Shown here: positions 7,670-17,269 of the stretch, in pieces
Numbering within the stretch: the first letter of the stretch is position 1
How the letters are laid out: each line of letters starts with the position of its first letter
Assembly (NCBI GenBank): GCA_947589695.1
Contig: CANQBY010000001.1
Span: forward strand, 1 to 28,771
Origin: an uncultured Bacilli bacterium
GTDB taxonomy: Bacteria > Bacillota_I > Bacilli_A > RF39 > UBA660
Direction of reading: 5' to 3'
Length of the DNA: 28,771 nt
The notes under the pieces: model-generated
The model's database searches: none
Told to the model about the DNA's origin: nothing
Seen by the model: only the letters and a program-made list of their open reading frames with translations
Made by a program: the position numbers and the translations under genes

Positions 7670-7763
7670 CTATTTACACTGTAAGTAGGCATTAGGTTAC
7701 AACTCCTAACGCTTACTTATATTTATTATAACAAATATTTAGGATAATACAAGATTTTTTTTA

Positions 7764-9140
7764 TTATGAATTAGTTATTTTAACCCGAACTGTTGATGAT
7801 ACTACATAGGTTAAGCGAGGGTCATTATTAACTATTTTAACGGGAACATCATAATATTCATCTCGAGCAGTATAGCCTTCAAGATCGATATAGGCATTAA
7901 TGTTACTTTCAGATACATTATCGATAACAGATTGAACACCTTTTACAATAACATTAATACTATCGGTTCCAATAATATTTGCACTTAAACCACTGGCTAA
8001 GTTTTGTTGAGATATAGTAGAAATGTTAATATCTTTTTGTTTTTCATCACCAAAAGTTACAGTTATATTAGCTTTGGTTTCACTAATGCTTCGAACGCCA
8101 CTAGGACGATTAATAGTAACATTATAAGAACGAGTACCACTGCCACCTTGACCATCAACATTGATAGTTACAGGAACATTATTAATACCACTGATAGTTT
8201 CTTCATCACCATAAATAGTTACGGAATGATTATTACTATTATTTATAAGAATGGAAGCAATAGCTTTTCCAGTTACTAAGTTACCAGTAGTTAAAACATT
8301 AATTGGAACACTTTTAGAATAAGTATCAAGTGTAATAGAAGCAGTTAGGGTTGTAGGAACTATTTCGACTTCTTCAATAATATGACCTTTGCTATCATAA
8401 GCTAGAAGAGGAATATTATCAATATCATAAGTTCCCGCGTCATTTAAACTATTATCACGCAAATCAATTAAAGCTTTAACAGTCGCAATATTATCTAACG
8501 AACCTTTACTACCTTTAACTACAACTTCACTTTTCGATAATTCAACATTTTCCACACTTAATCTTTCATTTAGATAATCAACATTGACTAAATCATAATT
8601 AATAGTTTTAGTAACACTTATTTTATCTTTAATTGTTACCGAAACATAAGAAGGATCTAATTTATAATCGATAGAATCGATAGATTTAGTGTATGATAAG
8701 TAAACCCGATAAGCAGAATCACGAGCTTCGTAATCGGATAAATCTAAAATAACAGCATTTGTTCCTAATTGTTTGGCTAAGAGAATATCGCTTTTACGAC
8801 CAATTAAGACAATATCAACAGTCTCGGGGATACCTTCAATAACATAAGCTTCTTCATTATAATTAGCTTTAACGGGAACATTAGTAATTACTTCGGCTTC
8901 AGATTCTACTAAAGTTATAACCCGTGAGTCAATTAGTAAAAACATAATAACAGCAAGTATTAAAGAAACATAAATAATAAAATTAGGTCGAGATATAATA
9001 TAATCTAGTTTTAAATTATGAGTTTTTAAATATTCATTAATATTAAAAATTAAACGACTTATAGGGGTAACTATTAATTTATCTAAGATACGATATAGAC
9101 CAATAAAGATGTTTTTAAAAAGTTTAATTATACTTTTCAT
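7764..9140 (-). CDS. cdaR: YbbR/CdaR-family diadenylate cyclase regulator
   Basis: N-terminal TM followed by repeated YbbR-like beta domains; directly coupled (TAATG) behind cdaA. Confidence 0.85.
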   Translation of the reverse strand: MKSIIKLFKNIFIGLYRILDKLIVTPISRLIFNINEYLKTHNLKLDYIISRPNFIIYVSLILAVIMFLLIDSRVITLVESEAEVITNVPVKANYNEEAYVIEGIPETVDIVLIGRKSDILLAKQLGTNAVILDLSDYEARDSAYRVYLSYTKSIDSIDYKLDPSYVSVTIKDKISVTKTINYDLVNVDYLNERLSVENVELSKSEVVVKGSKGSLDNIATVKALIDLRDNSLNDAGTYDIDNIPLLAYDSKGHIIEEVEIVPTTLTASITLDTYSKSVPINVLTTGNLVTGKAIASILINNSNNHSVTIYGDEETISGINNVPVTINVDGQGGSGTRSYNVTINRPSGVRSISETKANITVTFGDEKQKDINISTISQQNLASGLSANIIGTDSINVIVKGVQSVIDNVSESNINAYIDLEGYTARDEYYDVPVKIVNNDPRLTYVVSSTVRVKITNS

Positions 9141-9955
9141 TATTCTTCACCTGCACTATCTTTGTTTTCAGCTTCATAGAAGACTTCGGGTCTTGGATTT
9201 AAAGCGTCAATTAATAACATCCGAAATTCATCTAAAGTTAGATTGTAATTTAATTCCCCATCAACAGCAATACTTAAACGACCATTTTCTTCCGAAACAA
9301 CTAAGGCGATGGCATCACTTTCTTCGGCAATACCTAAAGCAGCCCGGTGCCGAGTTCCTAAACGTTTGGAAATGGTATCACTCATACTAGTTTTAAAGAC
9401 AGCTCCAGCGACAGTAATTCGATCTCCTTGTAAAATTACCCCACCATCATGAAGAGGTCCATTAGGGAAAAAGATAGTCTCTAATAAATCACTGGATAAA
9501 TCAGCATAAACTTTGGTTGCAGGTTCAATATATTCTTGTAAAGATATTTCCCTTTCAATTACAATTAAGGCTCCAATCCTATTACGTTTAAAATATTCAA
9601 TAGATTTCATAATTTCATATACTACTTTTTCGCGTTCATCAATCGTTAATACTTTATGTCTTCCAAGTAGTTGAGTACGACCAATAGATTCTAAGACACT
9701 TCTAATTTCTGGTTGAAAAATAACAATAATAGCTAGAGGTCCCCATTCTAAACAGTATTGAAGGATTATACCTACAGTATATAAATTTAATAAATCACTT
9801 AATAATTTTATTAATAAAACTAAGATAACTCCTTTAAATATTAAAACCATTTTAATATTATTTTTAATATTTTTAAGGATGAAATAAAATACGAGCCAAA
9901 CAACACCAATATCGATTATTTTAGTGATGATTTCCCATATCATACTTAATGTCAT
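9140..9955 (-). CDS. cdaA: Diadenylate cyclase CdaA (DacA/YbbP)
   Basis: Three N-terminal TMs, IVIFQPEIR, GALIVIER, PLHDGGV (DGA-like) and GTRHRAA motifs. Confidence 0.95.
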   Translation of the reverse strand: MTLSMIWEIITKIIDIGVVWLVFYFILKNIKNNIKMVLIFKGVILVLLIKLLSDLLNLYTVGIILQYCLEWGPLAIIVIFQPEIRSVLESIGRTQLLGRHKVLTIDEREKVVYEIMKSIEYFKRNRIGALIVIEREISLQEYIEPATKVYADLSSDLLETIFFPNGPLHDGGVILQGDRITVAGAVFKTSMSDTISKRLGTRHRAALGIAEESDAIALVVSEENGRLSIAVDGELNYNLTLDEFRMLLIDALNPRPEVFYEAENKDSAGEE

Positions 9956-10017
9956 AAATTCACTCTTCCTTTTTGCTTTTTTATTATATCAAAAAAAAGG
10001 ATTTAATTCCATAGTTT

Positions 10018-10272
10018 TTAAGATATTTCAGCTTGAGCTTTAAACATACGAGTTAAAACAGCTAAAATTTCAGGGTCAACTACTTTAGTAACATAGGTAT
10101 CAAATCCACTTACATATTCTTCTAAAATAACTACATTTTCAGGTAGAGGTGTTCTTTTTTCATCTAAACCCATGGCTAAAAAATATTTTTTACCATAATA
10201 CATAGCTTCATTTAAAACAATATATTCTTCTTTATTTTCTAAAACAATTATACAATTTATTTTAAGACCCAT
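10018..10272 (-). CDS. Small hypothetical protein, DUF1292-like (84 aa from ATG 10272)
   Basis: GGAGG RBS before ATG 10272; EYIVL...KKYFL pattern loosely resembles DUF1292. Confidence 0.55.
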   Translation of the reverse strand: MGLKINCIIVLENKEEYIVLNEAMYYGKKYFLAMGLDEKRTPLPENVVILEEYVSGFDTYVTKVVDPEILAVLTRMFKAQAEIS

Positions 10273-10273
10273 T

Positions 10274-11923
10274 TTAATTACCTCCTGAACTTTCTTTAAC
10301 GGTTTCAACAGGAATGATTTCTACAACTTTTATTTTCTCAGGAGCATTATTTTCAGGATAAGTAGTATTACTTAAATCAATTGTAGGAGTGTTTGATAAT
10401 TCTTGATTAGTTTCGGAAGATGGAGCTTCATCTTTTGTAACCGCTAATAAAGACATATCAATTTCATCATAGATTTCATCAGGAGTTTTGGTAAATTTTT
10501 GACGATTTTTAATTGCTTTTATTTCATCATTTACTTGTTTTAGTTTTTCTTTATCTTCTTCTTCAGAAACTAAATCTTTAGTTTTTAAATCAAGCATAGA
10601 TAATTTACTTAGTTTATTTAATTCTAAATTAAGTTCTTTATTTTCGTTTTCTATATCCGTAATTAAATTTTCAAAAACAGTACTAGCACTTATTTTAGAT
10701 AATAAATTGGTTTTATAAGAAGTAAGAATATCATTTAAAATATTTTTTTCTTTTTCTTTTTTGGTAATAACATTTTCTAGGTTAGCTTTAGTTCTTGTAG
10801 GTTTAGTTTTATCTTTTAATAAAGTACGATATTCGGTAATACTTTTTTCTAAGTTTAAGATTTCGGTTTCTAAATCGGTAATACTAGTACCTAAACTAGA
10901 ATTTACAATTTCATCAATTTTAGTTATTTCATTTTCATAACGAGTAATCGTTTCTTTATTAGTTTCTAGAGTATCTTTAATATAATTCATTCTTTTATTT
11001 AAAGAAGTATTATCAAGTTCTTCATAAGAACGACTATCAATTAAAGAAGAAAGTTCGGCTCTTAAGTTTTCCTTTTTTTCTAGTTCTTCATCTAAGATAG
11101 CGGGATTATTAATATCCATATATGGTTTAGATTTAACAATAGTTATTAATTCTTTTATTTTATTTAAAGCACTAGGAAGATCATTAGAAATAATAAAATC
11201 TTTGGCGTCTGCCCCAATTTTACAAGCGTCGGTTAAAAGTTCGAGTTTTCTTTTTTCAAGATTATTTAACTCTTCTTCAAGATGAGCTAATTTTTCTTCA
11301 TCCGCATTTTTTAAATCTTCATCTAAATAAGCATTCGGATTATTTAAGCTATCTAAAATATCATTTAAGCGATTAGTTTCGGTATTTAATTTATCAGTTA
11401 ACTCTTTATGAGCTTGATTATTTAGTTTTAATTCTTCTAAAATAGAATTATATAAATTACTTTTTTCTTCTAATTCGGTAGTTAGATCGGCCACATTTTG
11501 CTCTTCTTTGGCTAATAATTCTTGATAATAGTTATTCGCCGTAGAATTTTTAGCTTTATTTTCGAGAGTTTTAACATAATTAGAATTAAGAGTTAATTTT
11601 TCTTTTAGGCTAGCAATATCATCATGAACACTTTTTTCCCGATTTTTAATATCTTCAATCGTATTTTTTAAATCTTTAATTTTATGATTTAAACGATTTA
11701 TTTTATTTTTTAGACTTATTTCAATATTTTTATCAACTAATTCATTGGAAGCATTAAAATAACGGGAATCAACCATGATATTTTTTAAATCTTCAATTTC
11801 ATTTTTTTTATTAGTGATAAGTCTTTTTAAAGATATAAGTTCGGTATTTATGTCGTCTATATTTAAGGGAGAATCTGCCATACTTATAAGAGTATCTATA
11901 TTATTAAAAATTTCAGTATTCAT
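10274..11923 (-). CDS. Long coiled-coil hypothetical protein, 549 aa
   Basis: Heptad-rich K/E/L/N composition throughout; no Walker motif seen, so not an SMC ATPase. Confidence 0.75.
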   Translation of the reverse strand: MNTEIFNNIDTLISMADSPLNIDDINTELISLKRLITNKKNEIEDLKNIMVDSRYFNASNELVDKNIEISLKNKINRLNHKIKDLKNTIEDIKNREKSVHDDIASLKEKLTLNSNYVKTLENKAKNSTANNYYQELLAKEEQNVADLTTELEEKSNLYNSILEELKLNNQAHKELTDKLNTETNRLNDILDSLNNPNAYLDEDLKNADEEKLAHLEEELNNLEKRKLELLTDACKIGADAKDFIISNDLPSALNKIKELITIVKSKPYMDINNPAILDEELEKKENLRAELSSLIDSRSYEELDNTSLNKRMNYIKDTLETNKETITRYENEITKIDEIVNSSLGTSITDLETEILNLEKSITEYRTLLKDKTKPTRTKANLENVITKKEKEKNILNDILTSYKTNLLSKISASTVFENLITDIENENKELNLELNKLSKLSMLDLKTKDLVSEEEDKEKLKQVNDEIKAIKNRQKFTKTPDEIYDEIDMSLLAVTKDEAPSSETNQELSNTPTIDLSNTTYPENNAPEKIKVVEIIPVETVKESSGGN

Positions 11924-12085
11924 CTCGTAGCCACCTATCCTTTTCTATTCTAATATAATACTAACATAAAACAAGCGGTTTTGCAACTTTAAACAATGAA
12001 AAAATTTATTTTATGAGATAGAGTTTGGGTATTAGTCTAAGCATAAAAGGACATGTGTCATACTATATTTTAGGAGGTAATTGAA

Positions 12086-12529
12086 GTGTTATTTGAAGAT
12101 AACAATTTAGACATTAATATGTCATTATTTATGCCCGACATTAATTTTAAAAATTTTAATCGGGATACAAATATCTTAGATGTAGAAGAAGGTTTCTTAA
12201 GAGGAAATATGTTTCGGAATGAATATGTTCCTTATAAAAATTTAACTTATTTAAAATTAAATCCAAAGAATGATAGAGAAAAACTACTTCAGAAGATTAT
12301 GGCTTATACTTTTGCAATAACTGATTTAAATTTATATTTAGACACCCATCCCGATAATAAAGAAGCATTTGATTTATTTAAAAAATATATAAGTGATAAA
12401 AAAGAATTAACAAAAGAATATATGCGGACTTATGGACCTTTAACAGTTACAAAAACAACAGGAGTTAAATATAATTGGTTAAATAATCCTTGGCCTTGGG
12501 ATAAGACTGGAGGTAGTATGTATGTTTAA
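12086..12529 (+). CDS. cotJB: Spore coat protein CotJB with CotJA-like N-terminal segment
   Basis: DLNLYLDTHP...YGPL...WLNNPWPWD is the CotJB pattern; VEEGFLRGNMFRNEYVPY resembles the CotJA motif; GTG start with AGGAGG. Confidence 0.85.
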   Translation: MLFEDNNLDINMSLFMPDINFKNFNRDTNILDVEEGFLRGNMFRNEYVPYKNLTYLKLNPKNDREKLLQKIMAYTFAITDLNLYLDTHPDNKEAFDLFKKYISDKKELTKEYMRTYGPLTVTKTTGVKYNWLNNPWPWDKTGGSMYV

Positions 12530-13088
12530 ATATGTAAAGTACACAAATTATCCTGTAAATATATGTAAAAAAGATTTACGAATGGCTAAATATTTAATGA
12601 GTCAATTTGGAGGAGCTAATAGTGAATTAGCAGCAGCTTTAAGATATTTTTCACAAAAATTTAATATGCCAGATGAATATGGGAAGGCACTACTTAACGA
12701 TATTGCAAACGAAGAAATTGGGCATTGTGAAGTAATTGCGACCATGATTCACCAACTAACTAAAGACGCGACAGTAAAAGAATTAGAAGAAGCTGGGTTA
12801 GGTGGACATTATGTAGAACATGGAAAAGGAACATACCCTACAGACGCGAATGGTGTACCATTTACAGTCACCTATTTTTCTGTAACTGGAGATCCCCTTG
12901 CTGATATCATGGAAGATATGGCAGCTGAACAAAAAGCAAGAGCAGTTTATGAAAATTTAATTGATTTAGCAGAAGATGATGATGTTTTAAGAGTATTATT
13001 ATGGTTAAGACAAAGAGAAGTTGTACATTTTAATCGTTTTAAAGAACTATACGAATATTATAAGAAAAAAGGTTATGGGAAAAACTAA
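12522..13088 (+). CDS. cotJC: Manganese catalase family spore coat protein CotJC
   Basis: QFGGANSELAAALRY, EEIGHCE, DMAAEQKAR, LRQREVVHF; overlaps cotJB. Confidence 0.9.
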   Translation: MFKYVKYTNYPVNICKKDLRMAKYLMSQFGGANSELAAALRYFSQKFNMPDEYGKALLNDIANEEIGHCEVIATMIHQLTKDATVKELEEAGLGGHYVEHGKGTYPTDANGVPFTVTYFSVTGDPLADIMEDMAAEQKARAVYENLIDLAEDDDVLRVLLWLRQREVVHFNRFKELYEYYKKKGYGKN

Positions 13089-13109
13089 CTAAACATTATT
13101 AAATTATTA

Positions 13110-13137
13110 AAACCACCAATTAAGGTGGCTTTATTTT
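13110..13137. terminator. Bidirectional terminator between convergent genes
   Basis: AAACCACC-AATTAA-GGTGGCTTT flanked by A and T runs. Confidence 0.55.
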
Positions 13138-13931
13138 TTCTTTTTAGCATTGGTTTTCTTCTTGGCTGATTTTTTAGAGTGCTGAGATTTATTTGAAGAT
13201 TTAGATTTATTTTTATTTGTTTTTTTCTTTTTAGATTTTTTTGAAGACGGAGATTTAGAGTTGGAAGTTTTTGAAGTAGATTTTGGGGACTTTGTTTTAG
13301 CAGAAGGTTCTTTTTGCTTAGGAGTTTCAAGATTGGTTTTAATAACTTTTTTAGAAGCTGCTAAGTTTTCTTCTTTTACCAAAGACGCGGCAGAATCCAT
13401 TTTATCTTCCGAAACGGTTTCAGTTACTTTTTTGGTTACTTCAATCATAAATAATTTGCGGAATAAAGGATTTTTAGCAAAATCAATTTTCTTTTTAGTA
13501 ATAGTTGTCTTCGCATTATCTTTTATTTTAACTTCTTTGGTGGTTTTAGCTTTCGAAGTTTTGACTTTTTTAGGTTCTTGGGTTTCTTTTTCTTTCGTTT
13601 CTTTAGGCGAAACTGATTCGGATTTTTCTTGGGCTTTTGGGTTCTTGTCTTTTTTCAAAAATAAATTTACGAATTTGGCCCAAAGCGATTTTTTAGGAAC
13701 CTTAGGTTCTTCTTTAGCAGTTTCTTTAATAATATCCGTTTCTAAAGTAACAGAAATTAATGGTTCTTCAATAGTTTTAGATAATTCCTTTTTAGAAAAT
13801 AATTTTTTAAATAACTTGGAAAGACCCATGTAAATTATGGTAATTATGATACATAAAAGAGTTATAAAATAAGCACTAATGATAGCAATAAAAAATATAT
13901 CAATAGTATCAAATTTATCCATAATTATCAC
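13131..13931 (-). CDS. Membrane-anchored Lys/Ser-rich low-complexity protein
   Basis: N-terminal hydrophobic helix; very basic tail (SSKKSKKKKTNKNKSK...KKKTNAKKKK). Confidence 0.75.
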   Translation of the reverse strand: MIIMDKFDTIDIFFIAIISAYFITLLCIIITIIYMGLSKLFKKLFSKKELSKTIEEPLISVTLETDIIKETAKEEPKVPKKSLWAKFVNLFLKKDKNPKAQEKSESVSPKETKEKETQEPKKVKTSKAKTTKEVKIKDNAKTTITKKKIDFAKNPLFRKLFMIEVTKKVTETVSEDKMDSAASLVKEENLAASKKVIKTNLETPKQKEPSAKTKSPKSTSKTSNSKSPSSKKSKKKKTNKNKSKSSNKSQHSKKSAKKKTNAKKKK

Positions 13932-13940
13932 TTCTTTCTT

Positions 13941-14576
13941 TTATTCAATAGTAGGTTTAATTAAAGCTATTTCTAATCGATTATTATTTTTTATTAAATA
14001 GATTGTAGATTCAGTATCATAACCTAAATCTTTAGTATAAGTAAAATTTAAAGTAACTTTATAACTAGGAGTTTTCGTGTTATTAAGAGTAATCTCAGTT
14101 TCGCTTACATCTAGTACTTCAACAGTTTTAACAACAGGTAGGGCTTGGTTACGATCATTATAAGTATTATCGATAATATCATTATAAATAGTATCCATAG
14201 CTTTAGCTTGAAACATTTCTCTTTTATCATTTAATATATATTCTAAACCACCAACATCATACTTATTAATTTTATTATCTAAAGTATAAAAATCAATAAT
14301 AAATAATTTAGCTAGAGATTTAGCATATTCAGAATAATCAATTTCTTCAGCTTTTAATAATTCTTCTAGATGGTTAAATTCTTCTTGCATTAAGGGAGTA
14401 TCACGATCTTCTAGAGTATAACCAAAATCTTGTAAATTTAAAATGACACTTGTGGTATTTCGGGGCTCTTCAGATTCTTCATTTTTAAAGAGAAAATAAC
14501 CAATAGGACCTAAAGATAAAGCTAGTATAATCAAAATTACAATAATAATCAACCATATTTTATATCTTTTTCGCAT
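13941..14576 (-). CDS. Membrane-anchored hypothetical protein, 211 aa
   Basis: N-terminal TM; TAATG-coupled to the LTA synthase gene; family not recognised. Confidence 0.75.
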   Translation of the reverse strand: MRKRYKIWLIIIVILIILALSLGPIGYFLFKNEESEEPRNTTSVILNLQDFGYTLEDRDTPLMQEEFNHLEELLKAEEIDYSEYAKSLAKLFIIDFYTLDNKINKYDVGGLEYILNDKREMFQAKAMDTIYNDIIDNTYNDRNQALPVVKTVEVLDVSETEITLNNTKTPSYKVTLNFTYTKDLGYDTESTIYLIKNNNRLEIALIKPTIE

Positions 14577-16726
14577 TATTCACTTACCCCATTTTCTTTA
14601 ATAGTTAATACTTTCTCACCTTCTAGTTTAATTAAATCATGAACTATAATGGCATTAGATACTTCTAAAATATCTTCCGATTTATGGATTAAATTACTGA
14701 TATAATCACTATCTAATTCAACACCTTCTTTTAAAATTTTATATTTGCCAGAAGAATTGTTATAGTAAATCATATTAGTTAAGAAATTACCATTAGGGAA
14801 AACTACAAAATTATCTTGTTTAATATTAAAGATATCATGACCAATTGCAAATTCATTTTTAATACCAAGCATGTTACCGAGAGTAGGCATAATATCATAC
14901 ATACCCATAATATAATCTACTTGTCCATTTAATATACTTCTTAGACGAGCATTTTTAGTCCAGATAATTAATGGTGTTTTTCGATTTAATTCATGATCAT
15001 AATAATCATAATCAATATAAGTTGGATCATTTTCGTCTTTTAATTCGCCAGTTTTATAGTCATAGTTATATAAATAATTTTTTTCTTTACGAGTTAACTT
15101 AGCGTCATGATCACCATATAAGACAAAGACAGTATTTTCAAAATAATCAGAATCTTTAATATATTCGAAGAATTCACCTAAAGCAGCGTCAGCATAATGA
15201 GCACTAGTAATATAATTACCGGCGGCACTTTTGTAAGTTTCATTTCCTTTATATGGTTTACCATTAGCATCTGTTTTTAAAAAGTTAGTAGTTACTTCTT
15301 TACAATTACCATAGTTATCACATTCTTCAAAAGTTGTGGATAAATCAAATTCGCCATATTTGTTTAAATATATAAATGGAGAGTGATTTGATAAAGTAAT
15401 AATGGTTCCCATATAATTATTATGAGTTGCTTCAATATTTTCTAAAATAGGCATTGCTTCTTTAAAGAATAATTTATCACTGATACCTAAATTAATACAT
15501 TCTAGGTTAGTGGTATCTTCTGTATCATCACATTTATCGTGATTATATTTAAAACTTTCTTCAAAGTACATGTCTTGATAACCTAAGTTAGGATGGACTG
15601 TTGCGCGATTCCACATTGATTTATAATTACCATGCATACTAAAGGTGTAATAACCTTTTTCACTAAGAAGTTTCGGAATACTAATATATTCCCGATCATA
15701 ATAAGTAGTAAAGACAGCACCACTTTGGGCAGGCATTAAACTGGTATTTAAAGTAAATTCAGAATCACTAGAAGTACCAATACTTATTTGAGGATAGAAG
15801 TTAGAGAAAAACATCCCCTCTTTGGCAAGCTTTTTGACATTAGGAACAACATCGGCGCCATTAAATTTTAAATCCATTAAATAAGTTTCCATACCTTCCA
15901 TATGAATAAAGACAATATTATAACCATTTAAGACATTGGTATATTTATTTTTCTTTTCGTATTTATCTATATCTTCCGCAGTAAAATATTGGGTAAATTT
16001 TTGAGCTGATTCTTCATAACCAAATAAACTGCTAAGTTTAGGAGTTAGAGTTTGAATAATATCATTACATTGGTATAATACGAGACCAAACCGCTCCACA
16101 ATATAAACTCTATTCCATTGTTTAGCCAGACGAGAATAATCGGAACTTGTCGCGGTTACAAATGTGTAAGCAAGAAAAATGCAACCAATTAAAAGGGTCG
16201 TAGCAAACATCTTTTTCCCCTTTTCCACCACACTGATAAAATTATAATAAGTGGTACGAATAAGCTTTTTATGAATAAAATAGAATATAAATGGAAAAAT
16301 GATATATATTACATCTGTAAGTTTTAGACGTTCAAAAATAGAACCCATGACGGTTTCAGTTTGACCCGCGGTTGATAATTCACCTAAAGAGGCAAAAGAT
16401 ATATAGAAAGTATAATAAATAGAATTTATTACTTCCATGATCGTAAAAATAATTATTACAGTTAAAAAATAGCGATATTGATTTTTAGGTTTTACTAAAT
16501 AACCGATAGAACCAATTATTAAGACTAAAGCAAAATCAACAATAAAAGTTTTAAAACTATGCATATTATTAATAGTAAAATTACGAACTAAAAGAAGACC
16601 AATTAAAGATATGATGACATAAGAAAGAAATAACCGGTTAGTGGCTATATATTCTATGATACTTTTACGACATTTACGAAGTCCAAGGTTAATCTTTTGA
16701 AGCCCTAATTTAATCTTTTCTTGCAT
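14576..16726 (-). CDS. ltaS: LTA synthase (LtaS/YfnI-type sulfatase family)
   Basis: Five N-terminal TMs, FIHMEGME, GTSSDSEF, HGNYKSMWNR, TLSNHSPF, LYGDH; start placed at ATG 16726, 9 nt after AAAGGA. Confidence 0.9.
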   Translation of the reverse strand: MQEKIKLGLQKINLGLRKCRKSIIEYIATNRLFLSYVIISLIGLLLVRNFTINNMHSFKTFIVDFALVLIIGSIGYLVKPKNQYRYFLTVIIIFTIMEVINSIYYTFYISFASLGELSTAGQTETVMGSIFERLKLTDVIYIIFPFIFYFIHKKLIRTTYYNFISVVEKGKKMFATTLLIGCIFLAYTFVTATSSDYSRLAKQWNRVYIVERFGLVLYQCNDIIQTLTPKLSSLFGYEESAQKFTQYFTAEDIDKYEKKNKYTNVLNGYNIVFIHMEGMETYLMDLKFNGADVVPNVKKLAKEGMFFSNFYPQISIGTSSDSEFTLNTSLMPAQSGAVFTTYYDREYISIPKLLSEKGYYTFSMHGNYKSMWNRATVHPNLGYQDMYFEESFKYNHDKCDDTEDTTNLECINLGISDKLFFKEAMPILENIEATHNNYMGTIITLSNHSPFIYLNKYGEFDLSTTFEECDNYGNCKEVTTNFLKTDANGKPYKGNETYKSAAGNYITSAHYADAALGEFFEYIKDSDYFENTVFVLYGDHDAKLTRKEKNYLYNYDYKTGELKDENDPTYIDYDYYDHELNRKTPLIIWTKNARLRSILNGQVDYIMGMYDIMPTLGNMLGIKNEFAIGHDIFNIKQDNFVVFPNGNFLTNMIYYNNSSGKYKILKEGVELDSDYISNLIHKSEDILEVSNAIIVHDLIKLEGEKVLTIKENGVSE

Positions 16727-16823
16727 AATCAACATCCTTTGTAAGTTAATTATATAATAAATAAAACAAATTTGCAATTTTTCCTTGATTTTTTTTTATT
16801 TTTTTGATAATATCATGTTGTAC

Positions 16824-16898
16824 GCAGGTATAGTACAGTGGTTAGTATGCGACCTTGCCAAGGTTGAGACGGCAGTTCGAATCTGCTTACTTGCTCCA
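16824..16898 (+). tRNA. tRNA-Gly (GCC)
   Basis: GCAGGTA/TACTTGC acceptor stem, CGACC-TTGCCAA-GGTTG anticodon arm, GGCAG-TTCGAAT-CTGCT T arm, encoded CCA. Confidence 0.95.
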
Positions 16899-16910
16899 AA
16901 TTGATTTATC

Positions 16911-16931
16911 TCCCGTTTTTCGGGGTTTTTT
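16911..16931 (+). terminator. Terminator after tRNA-Gly
   Basis: TCCCG-TTTTT-CGGGG followed by a T run. Confidence 0.65.
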
Positions 16932-17039
16932 ATTTATATTTTTGTTTTACGTAGCAATTACGTAGCATTTAGGAATACGTCATACAAAGCCAAAGACATA
17001 AATGATAATATACACAGAATTGATAAGTTTTTATTAGTA
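16916..17039 (+). repeat. Left copy of the ~115-125 bp direct repeat bounding the island
   Basis: Shares TTTATTTATATTTTTGTTTT...TAGCATTTAGGAA..CGTCATACAAAGCCAAAGACATAAA.GATAATATACACAGAATTGAT.AGTTTTTATTA with 25106-25218; contains TACGTAGCA twice at an 11-bp period. Confidence 0.9.
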
Positions 17040-17097
17040 TTTTTCTTATAAAATAAAGATTAAGCCTTATAAAATCTTCAAATGATGAATTCTAATA

Positions 17098-17129
17098 GGA
17101 ATTGAACCAGCGACACAAGGATTTTCAGT
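17098..17129 (-). pseudogene. tRNA-Phe(GAA) 3'-half fragment (att-site relic)
   Basis: Minus strand ACTGAAAATCCTTGTGTCGCTGGTTCAATTCC: anticodon loop GAA, variable loop and T loop; the 5' half and acceptor end are absent. Confidence 0.7.
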
Positions 17130-17269
17130 TATAGTTATGATAAATTAAATAGGTTTAAATAAGTTTAATATTTTTCTTAAATTCCTTTAAATTAAAGGGA
17201 TTTTTAACTATAAGTTTAATTATAACTAATTTTTAGATTTATTTAAATTTAATTTAATATTATCATTTT

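Noticed and set aside
10274-11923. SMC-type ATPase
   Set aside because: No Walker A/B or hinge motifs; only coiled coil.
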